Assembly (NCBI GenBank): GCA_964057225.1
Contig: OZ059897.1
Span: 4,278,001-4,342,000, forward strand
DNA length: 64,000 nucleotides
Direction of reading: 5' to 3'
From: Auanema rhodensis
Lineage: Eukaryota > Animalia > Nematoda
Shown here: in pieces, positions 54,053 to 64,000 of the stretch
How positions within the stretch are numbered: the first letter of the stretch is position 1
How the letters are laid out: every line of letters starts with the position of its first letter
Notes under the pieces: model-generated
What the model was told of the DNA's origin: nothing
The model's database searches: none
Seen by the model: only the letters and a program-made list of their open reading frames with translations
Program-made: the position numbers and the translations under genes

Positions 54053-57000
54053 CTTATATCCTCGATTTTCACCCTGAAGAAATGATTTTTTCGTTGAAAA
54101 ACATTGTCCATCGTATTCGTCTTGAAAAAAGGAATCTAAAAACATCTACTTTTTGTGAAATTATTTAGAAATTTTTCGGGAAAATTTTTGTCACAATGTT
54201 TTTGGAAGCAATGTTGAGTGTACATGGGAACTCAGCATACACTAATGCATTATTTTTCAAACGATCATAACTAATTTTTGTATAGAGCGTTTCTCAATGT
54301 AGTATAGTGCATTCGATGCGGATTTTTAAGCTGCGTCGATCTGTGTTATCAGATTTGAGTTAGCTTAAAAATGCACCGAGATATCAACTGATATATGTTC
54401 ACACTTATATCCTCGATTTTCACCCTGAAGAAATGATTTTTTCGTTGAAAAACATTGTCCATCGTATTCGTCTTGAAAAAAAGAATCTAAAAACATCTAC
54501 TTTTTGTGAAATTATTCAGAAATTTTTCGGGAAAATTTTTGTCAAAATGTTTTTGGAAGCAATGTTGAGTGTACATGGGAACTCAACATACACTAATGCA
54601 TTATTTTTCAAACGATCATAACTAATTTTTGTATGGAGCGTTTCTCAATGTAGTATAGTGCATTCGATGCGGATTTTTAAGCTGCGTTGATCTGTGTTAT
54701 CAGATTTGCGCTAGCTTAAAAATGCACCGAGTAATCAACTGATATAGGTTCACACTTATATCCTCGATTTTCACCCTGAAGAATTAATTTTTTCGTTGAA
54801 TAACATTGTCCATCGTCTTTGCCTTGAAAAAAGAAATCTAAAAACTCCTACTTTTTGTGAAATTATTTAGAAATTTTTCGGGAAAATTTTTGTCACAATG
54901 TTTTTGGAAGCAATGTTGAGTGTACATGGAAACTCAACATACACTAATGCATTATTTTTCAAACGATCATAACTAATTTTTGTATGGAGCGTTTCTCAAT
55001 GTAGTATAGTGCATTCGATGCGGATTTTTAAGCTGCGTTGATCTGTGTTATCAGATTTGCGCTAGCTTAAAAATGCACCGAGTAATCAACTGATATAGGT
55101 TCACACTTATATCCTCGATTTTCACCCTGAAGAATTAATTTTTTCGTTGAATAACATTGTCCATCGTCTTTGCCTTGAAAAAAGAAATCTAAAAACTCCT
55201 ACTTTTCGTGAAATTATTTAGAAATTTTTCGGGAAAATTTTTGTCACAATGTTTTTGGAAGCAATGTTGAGTGTACATGGGAACTCAGCATACACTAATG
55301 CATTATTTTTCAAACGATCATAACTAATTTTTGTATAGAGCGTTTCTCAATGTAGTATAGTGCATTCGATGCGGATTTTTAAGCTGCGTCGATCTGTGTT
55401 ATCAGATTTGAGTTAGCTTGAAAATGCACCGAGATATCAACTGATATATGTTCACACTTATATCCTCGATTTTCACCCTGAAGAAATGATTTTTTCGTTG
55501 AAAAACATTGTCCATCGTATTCGTCTTGAAAAAAGGAATCTAAAAACATCTACTTTTTGTGAAATTATTTAGAAATTTTTCGGGAAAATTTTTGTCACAA
55601 TGTTTTTGGAAGCAATGTTGAGTGTACATGGGAACTCAGCATACACTAATGCATTATTTTTCAAACGATCATAACTAATTTTTGTATAGAGCGTTTCTCA
55701 ATGTAGTATAGTGCATTCGATGCGGATTTTTAAGCTGCGTCGATCTGTGTTATCAGATTTGAGTTAGCTTAAAAATGCACCGAGATATCAACTGATATAT
55801 GTTCACACTTATATCCTCGATTTTCACCCTGAAGAAATGATTTTTTCGTTGAAAAACATTGTCCATCGTATTCGTCTTGAAAAAAAGAATCTAAAAACAT
55901 CTACTTTTTGTGAAATTATTCAGAAATTTTTCGGGAAAATTTTTGTCAAAATGTTTTTGGAAGCAATGTTGAGTGTACATGGGAACTCAACATACACTAA
56001 TGCATTATTTTTCAAACGATCATAACTAATTTTTGTATGGAGCGTTTCTCAATGTAGTATAGTGCATTCGATGCGGATTTTTAAGCTGCGTTGATCTGTG
56101 TTATCAGATTTGCGCTAGCTTAAAAATGCACCGAGTAATCAACTGATATAGGTTCACACTTATATCCTCGATTTTCACCCTGAAGAATTAATTTTTTCGT
56201 TGAATAACATTGTCCATCGTCTTTGCCTTGAAAAAAGAAATCTAAAAACTCCTACTTTTTGTGAAATTATTTAGAAATTTTTCGGGAAAATTTTTGTCAC
56301 AATGTTTTTGGAAGCAATGTTGAGTGTACATGGAAACTCAACATACACTAATGCATTATTTTTCAAACGATCATAACTAATTTTTGTATGGAGCGTTTCT
56401 CAATGTAGTATAGTGCATTCGATGCGGATTTTTAAGCTGCGTTGATCTGTGTTATCAGATTTGCGCTAGCTTAAAAATGCACCGAGTAATCAACTGATAT
56501 AGGTTCACACTTATATCCTCGATTTTCACCCTGAAGAATTAATTTTTTCGTTGAATAACATTGTCCATCGTCTTTGCCTTGAAAAAAGAAATCTAAAAAC
56601 TCCTACTTTTCGTGAAATTATTTAGAAATTTTTCGGGAAAATTTTTGTCACAATGTTTTTGGAAGCAATGTTGAGTGTACATGGGAACTCAGCATACACT
56701 AATGCATTATTTTTCAAACGATCATAACTAATTTTTGTATAGAGCGTTTCTCAATGTAGTATAGTGCATTCGATGCGGATTTTTAAGCTGCGTCGATCTG
56801 TGTTATCAGATTTGAGTTAGCTTGAAAATGCACCGAGATATCAACTGATATATGTTCACACTTATATCCTCGATTTTCACCCTGAAGAAATGATTTTTTC
56901 GTTGAAAAACATTGTCCATCGTATTCGTCTTGAAAAAAGGAATCTAAAAACATCTACTTTTTGTGAAATTATTTAGAAATTTTTCGGGAAAATTTTTGTC

Positions 57001-60000
57001 ACAATGTTTTTGGAAGCAATGTTGAGTGTACATGGGAACTCAGCATACACTAATGCATTATTTTTCAAACGATCATAACTAATTTTTGTATAGAGCGTTT
57101 CTCAATGTAGTATAGTGCTTTCGATGCGGATTTTTAAGCTGCGTCGATCTGTGTTATCAGATTTGAGTTAGCTTAAAAATGCACCGAGATATCAACTGAT
57201 ATATGTTCACACTTATATCCTCGATTTTCACCCTGAAGAAATGATTTTTTCGTTGAAAAACATTGTCCATCGTATTCGTCTTGAAAAAAAGAATCTAAAA
57301 ACATCTACTTTTTGTGAAATTATTCAGAAATTTTTCGGGAAAATTTTTGTCAAAATGTTTTTGGAAGCAATGTTGAGTGTACATGGGAACTCAACATACA
57401 CTAATGCATTATTTTTCAAACGATCATAACTAATTTTTGTATGGAGCGTTTCTCAATGTAGTATAGTGCATTCGATGCGGATTTTTAAGCTGCGTTGATC
57501 TGTGTTATCAGATTTGCGCTAGCTTAAAAATGCACCGAGTAATCAACTGATATAGGTTCACACTTATATCCTCGATTTTCACCCTGAAGAATTAATTTTT
57601 TCGTTGAATAACATTGTCCATCATCTTTGCCTTGAAAAAAGAAATCTAAAAACTCCTACTTTTTGTGAAATTATTAAGAAATTTTTCGGGAAAATTTTTG
57701 TCACAATGTTTTTGGAAGCAATGTTGAGTGTACATGGGAACTCAGCATACACTAATGCATTATTTTTCAAACGATCATAACTAATTTTTGTATGGAGCGT
57801 TTCTCAATGTAGTATAGTGCATTCGATGCGGATTTTTAAGCTGCGTTGATCTGTGTTTTCAGATTTGCGCTAGCTTAAAAATGCACCGAGTAATCAACTG
57901 ATATAGGTTCACACTTATATCCTCGATTTTCACCCTGAAGAATTAATTTTTTCGTTGAATAACATTGTCCATCGTCTTTGCCTTGAAAAAAGAAATCTAA
58001 AAACTCCTACTTTTCGTGAAATTATTTAGAAATTTTTCGGGAAAATTTTTGTCACAATGTTTTTGGAAGCAATGTTGAGTGTACATGGGAACTCAGCATA
58101 CACTAATGCATTATTTTTCAAACGATCATAACTAATTTTTGTATAGAGCGTTTCTCAATGTAGTATAGTGCATTCGATGCGGATTTTTAAGCTGCGTCGA
58201 TCTGTGTTATCAGATTTGAGTTAGCTTGAAAATGCACCGAGATATCAACTGATATATGTTCACACTTATATCCTCGATTTTCACCCTGAAGAAATGATTT
58301 TTTCGTTGAAAAACATTGTCCATCGTATTCGTCTTGAAAAAAGGAATCTAAAAACATCTACTTTTTGTGAAATTATTTAGAAATTTTTCGGGAAAATTTT
58401 TGTCACAATGTTTTTGGAAGCAATGTTGAGTGTACATGGGAACTCAGCATACACTAATGCATTATTTTTCAAACGATCATAACTAATTTTTGTATAGAGC
58501 GTTTCTCAATGTAGTATAGTGCATTCGATGCGGATTTTTAAGCTGCGTCGATCTGTGTTATCAGATTTGAGTTAGCTTAAAAATGCACCGAGATATCAAC
58601 TGATATATGTTCACACTTATATCCTCGATTTTCACCCTGAAGAAATGATTTTTTCGTTGAAAAACATTGTCCATCGTATTCGTCTTGAAAAAAAAAATCT
58701 AAAAACATCTACTTTTTGTGAAATTATTCAGAAATTTTTCGGGAAAATTTTTGTCAAAATGTTTTTGGAAGCAATGTTGAGTGTACATGGGAACTCAACA
58801 TACACTAATGCATTATTTTTCAAACGATCATAACTAATTTTTGTATGGAGCGTTTCTCAATGTAGTATAGTGCATTCGATGCGGATTTTTAAGCTGCGTT
58901 GATCTGTGTTATCAGATTTGCGCTAGCTTAAAAATGCACCGAGTAATCAACTGATATAGGTTCACACTTATATCCTCGATTTTCACCCTGAAGAATTAAT
59001 TTTTTCGTTGAATAACATTGTCCATCGTCTTTGCCTTGAAAAAAGAAATCTAAAAACTCCTACTTTTTGTGAAATTATTTAGAAATTTTTCGGGAAAATT
59101 TTTGTCACAATGTTTTTGGAAGCAATGTTGAGTGTACATGGGAACTCAACATACACTAATGCATTATTTTTCAAACGATCATAACTAATTTTTGTATGGA
59201 GCGTTTCTCAATGTAGTATAGTGCATTCAATGCGGATTTTTAAGCTGCGTTGATCTGTGTTATCAGATTTGTGCTAGCTTAAAAATGCACCGAGTAATCA
59301 ACTGATATAGGTTCACACTTATATCCTCGATTTTCACCCTGAAGAATTAATTTTTTCGTTGAATAACATTGTCCATCGTCTTTGCCTTGAAAAAAGAAAT
59401 CTAAAAACTCCTACTTTTTGTGAAATTATTTAGAAATTTTTCGGGAAAATTTTTGTCACAATGTTTTTGGAAGCAATGTTGAGTGTACATGGGAACTCAG
59501 CATACACTAATGCATTATTTTTCAAACGATCATTACTAATTTTTGTATAGAGCGTTTCTCAATGTAGTATAGTGCATTCGATGCGGATTTTTAAGCTGCG
59601 TCGATCTGTGTTATCAGATTTGAGTTAGCTTGAAAATGCACCGAGATATCAACTGATATATGTTCACACTTATATCCTCGATTTTCACCCTGAAGAAATG
59701 ATTTTTTCGTTGAAAAACATTGTCCATCGTATTCGTCTTGAAAAAAGGAATCTAAAAACATCTACTTTTTGTGAAATTATTTAGAAATTTTTCGGGAAAA
59801 TTTTTGTCACAATGTTTTTGGAAGCAATGTTGAGTGTACATGGGAACTCAGCATACACTAATGCATTATTTTTCAAACGATCATAACTAATTTTTGTATA
59901 GAGCGTTTCTCAATGTAGTATAGTGCATTCGATGCGGATTTTTAAGCTGCGTCGATCTGTGTTATCAGATTTGAGTTAGCTTAAAAATGCACCGAGATAT

Positions 60001-60370
60001 CAACTGATATATGTTCACACTTATATCCTCGATTTTCACCCTGAAGAAATGATTTTTTCGTTGAAAAACATTGTCCATCGTATTCGTCTTGAAAAAAAGA
60101 ATCTAAAAACATCTACTTTTTGTGAAATTATTCAGAAATTTTTCGGGAAAATTTTTGTCAAAATGTTTTTGGAAGCAATGTTGAGTGTACATGGGAACTC
60201 AACATACACTAATGCATTATTTTTCAAACGATCATAACTAATTTTTGTATGGAGCGTTTCTCAATGTAGTAAAGTGCATTCGATGCGGATTTTTAAGCTG
60301 CGTTGATCTGTGTTATCAGATTTGCGCTAGCTTAAAAATGCACCGAGTAATCAACTGATATAGGTTCACA
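53351..60370 (+). repeat. 4-mer higher-order repeat (1404 bp, B-B-A-A), five copies
   Basis: ORFs at 54433, 55837, 57241, 58645 and 60049 are each 1404 apart. The variant tggAaactca occurs at 54930 and 56334. Confidence 0.9.
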
Positions 60371-61423
60371 CTTATATCCTCGATTTTCACCCTGAAGAAT
60401 TAATTTTTTCGTTGAATAACATTGTCCATCATCTTTGCCTTGAAAAAAGAAATCTAAAAACTCCTACTTTTTGTGAAATTATTTAGAAATTTTTCGGGAA
60501 AATTTTTGTCACAATGTTTTTGGAAGCAATGTTGAGTGTACATGGGAACTCAGCATACACTAATGCATTATTTTTCAAACGATCATAACTAATTTTTGTA
60601 TGGAGCGTTTCTCAATGTAGTATAGTGCATTCGATGCGGATTTTTAAGCTGCGTCGATCTGTGTTATCAGATTTGAGTTAGCTTGAAAATGCACCGAGAT
60701 ATCAACTGATATATGTTCACACTTATATCCTCGATTTTCACCCTGAAGAAATGATTTTTTCGTTGAAAAACATTGTCCATCGTATTCGTCTTGAAAAAAA
60801 GAATCTAAAAACATCTACTCTTTGTGAAATTATTCAGAAATTTTTCGGGAAAATTTTTGTCAAAATGTTTTTGGAAGCAATGTTGAGTGTACATGGGAAC
60901 TCAACATACACTAATGCATTATTTTTCAAACGATCATAACTAATTTTTGTATGGAGCGTTTCTCAATGTAGTATAGTGCATTCGATGCGGATTTTTAAGC
61001 TGCGTTGATCTGTGTTATCAGATTTGCGCTAGCTTAAAAATGCACCGAGTAATCAACTGATATAGGTTCACACTTATATCCTCGATTTTCACCCTGAAGA
61101 ATTAATTTTTTCGTTGAATAACATTGTCCATCATCTTTGCCTTGAAAAAAGAAATCTAAAAACTCCTACTTTTTGTGAAATTATTTAGAAATTTTTCGGG
61201 AAAATTTTTGTCACAATGTTTTTGGAAGCAATGTTGAGTGTACATGGGAACTCAGCATACACTAATGCATTATTTTTCAAACGATCATAACTAATTTTTG
61301 TATGGAGCGTTTCTCAATGTAGTATAGTGCATTCGATGCGGATTTTTAAGCTGCGTTGATCTGTGTTATCAGATTTGCGCTAGCTTAAAAATGCACCGAG
61401 TAATCAACTGATATAGGTTCACA

Positions 61424-63529
61424 CTTATATCCTCGATTTTCACCCTGAAGAATTAATTTTTTCGTTGAATAACATTGTCCATCGTCTTTGCCTTGAAAAA
61501 AGAAATCTAAAAACTCCTACTTTTCGTGAAATTATTTAGAAATTTTTCGGGAAAATTTTTGTCACAATGTTTTTGGAAGCAATGTTGAGTGTACATGGGA
61601 ACTCAACATACACTAATGCATTATTTTTCAAACGATCATAACTAATTTTTGTATGGAGCGTTTCTCAATGTAGTATAGTGCATTCGATGCGGATTTTTAA
61701 GCTGCGTCGATCTGTGTTATCAGATTTGAGTTAGCTTAAAAATGCACCGAGATATCAACTGATATATGTTCACACTTATATCCTCGATTTTCACCCTGAA
61801 GAAATGATTTTTTCGTTAACAAACATTGTCCATCGTATTCGTCTTGAAAAAAGGAATCTAAAAACATCTACTTTTTGTGAAATTATTTAGAAATTTTTCG
61901 GGAAAATTTTTGTCAAAATGTTTTTGGAAGCAATGTTGAGTGTACATGGGAACTCAACATACACTAATGCATTATTTTTCAAACGATCATAACTAATTTT
62001 TGTATAGAGCGTTTCTCAATGTAGTATAGTGCATTCGATGCGGATTTTTAAGCTGCGTCGATCTGTGTTATCAGATTTGCGCTAGCTTAAAAATGTACCG
62101 AGTAATCAACTGATATAGGTTCACACTTATATCCTCGATTTTAACCCTGAAGAATTAATTTTTTCGTTGAATAACATTGTCCATCGTCTTTGCCTTGAAA
62201 AAAGAAATCTAAAAACTCCTACTTTTTGTGAAATTATTAAGAAATTTTTCGGGAAAATTTTTGTCACAATGTTTTTGGAAGCAATGTTGAGTGTACATGG
62301 GAACTCAGCATACACTAATGCATTATTTTTCGAACGATCATAACTAATTTTTGTATGGAGCGTTTCTCAATGTAGTATAGTGCATTCGATGCGGATTTTT
62401 AAGCTGCGTTGATCTGTGTTATCAGATTTGCGCTAGCTTAAAAATGCACCGAGTAATCAACTGATATAGGTTCACACTTATATCCTCGATTTTCACCCTG
62501 AAGAATTAATTTTTTCGTTGAATAACATTGTCCATCGTCTTTGCCTTGAAAAAAGAAATCTAAAAACTCCTACTTTTCGTGAAATTATTTAGAAATTTTT
62601 CGGGAAAATTTTTGTCACAATGTTTTTGGAAGCAATGTTGAGTGTACATGGGAACTCAACATACACTAATGCATTATTTTTCAAACGATCATAACTAATT
62701 TTTGTATGGAGCGTTTCTCAATGTAGTATAGTGCATTCGATGCGGATTTTTAAGCTGCGTCGATCTGTGTTATCAGATTTGAGTTAGCTTAAAAATGCAC
62801 CGAGATATCAACTGATATATGTTCACACTTATATCCTCGATTTTCACCCTGAAGAAATGATTTTTTCGTTAACAAACATTGTCCATCGTATTCGTCTTGA
62901 AAAAAGGAATCTAAAAACATCTACTTTTTGTGAAATTATTTAGAAATTTTTCGGGAAAATTTTTGTCAAAATGTTTTTGGAAGCAATGTTGAGTGTACAT
63001 GGGAACTCAACATACACTAATGCATTATTTTTCAAACGATCATAACTAATTTTTGTATAGAGCGTTTCTCAATGTAGTATAGTGCATTCGATGCGGATTT
63101 TTAAGCTGCGTCGATCTGTGTTATCAGATTTGCGCTAGCTTAAAAATGTACCGAGTAATCAACTGATATAGGTTCACACTTATATCCTCGATTTTAACCC
63201 TGAAGAATTAATTTTTTCGTTGAATAACATTGTCCATCGTCTTTGCCTTGAAAAAAGAAATCTAAAAACTCCTACTTTTTGTGAAATTATTAAGAAATTT
63301 TTCGGGAAAATTTTTGTCACAATGTTTTTGGAAGCAATGTTGAGTGTACATGGGAACTCAGCATACACTAATGCATTATTTTTCGAACGATCATAACTAA
63401 TTTTTGTATAGAGCGTTTCTCAATGTAGTATAGTGCATTCGATGCGGATTTTTAAGCTGCGTCGATCTGTGTTATCAGATTTGCGCTAGCTTAAAAATGC
63501 ACCGAGTAATCAACTGATATAGGTTCACA
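61424..63529 (+). repeat. 3-mer duplication (1053 bp)
   Basis: aaatgTaccg at 62096 and 63149; minus-strand ORFs at 62127 and 63180; gttaacaaac heads at 61775 and 62828. Confidence 0.88.
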
Positions 63530-64000
63530 CTTATATCCTCGATTTTCACCCTGAAGAATTAATTTTTTCGTTGAATAACATTGTCCATCGTCTTTGCCTT
63601 GAAAAAAGAAATCTAAAAACTCCTACTTTTTGTGAAATTATTTAGAAATTTTTCGGGAAAATTTTTGTCACAATGTTTTTGGAAGCAATGTTGAGTGTAC
63701 ATGGGAACTCAACATACACTAATGCATTATTTTTCAAACGATCATAACTAATTTTTGTATAGAGCGTTTCTCAATGTAGTATAGTGCATTCGATGCGGAT
63801 TTTTAAGCTGCGTCGATCTGTGTTATCAGATTTGAGTTAGCTTGAAAATGCACCGAGATATCAACTGATATATGTTCACACTTATATCCTCGATTTTCAC
63901 CCTGAAGAATTAATTTTTTCGTTGAATAACATTGTCCATCGTCTTTGCCTTGAAAAAAGAAATCTAAAAACTCCTACTTTTTGTGAAATTATTTAGAAAT

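Larger units (their letters stand above)
1..64000 (+). repeat. Satellite DNA tandem array, 351-bp monomer, ~182 copies, extends beyond both window edges
   Basis: The motif cttatatcctcgattttcaccctgaagaa recurs at 1, 352, 703, 1054 ... 63881. The repeated + strand ORF starts are spaced by multiples of 351 (minus 1 or 2 after the deletions). No non-repeat sequence and no strand switch seen. Confidence 0.99.

Noticed and set aside
30-60939. Repeated 62-aa ORF MIFSLKNIVHRIRLEKK... on the + strand
   Set aside because: It is open only where an A head (ATG) coincides with CAG instead of TAG at monomer position 114-116, so most monomers lack it. The K/F/I-rich composition reflects A/T tracts, and I recognise no domain. 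It is useful only as a variant marker.
40716-63368. Sporadic minus-strand 62-63 aa ORFs and the 47425 + strand ORF
   Set aside because: They arise when single SNVs remove stop codons in individual monomers, and they begin at non-ATG codons.
1-64000. CRISPR array or other prokaryotic repeat system
   Set aside because: There are no unique spacers and no cas or other genes; the entire 351-bp unit is repeated.

Overview
The whole 64 kb window is one uninterrupted head-to-tail satellite DNA array: about 182 copies (plus a partial) of a 351-bp, AT-rich monomer (about 32% GC, counted on monomer 1). All copies are on the same strand, and I see no inserted transposon, gene or unique sequence. Monomer n starts at 1+351(n-1), shifted by -1 after ~28171 and -2 after ~30627; these two shifts are copies of one 1-bp deletion. 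Monomers fall into two linked haplotypes (A and B, about 14 diagnostic sites), arranged in local, shifting higher-order repeats (10-, 8-, 7-, 6-, 5-, 4- and 3-mers), with a change of variant repertoire at ~39.6-40.4 kb. This fits a eukaryotic (peri)centromeric or heterochromatic satellite; I cannot identify the species or family from memory. All listed ORFs are repeat artefacts. The most interesting signals lie inside the monomer: (i) a hammerhead-ribozyme-like core (CTGAAGA-stem-GAAA..GTC) in A monomers, incomplete and broken in B monomers; (ii) long imperfect hairpins whose common variants keep G.U pairing on the + strand; (iii) almost complete length conservation.
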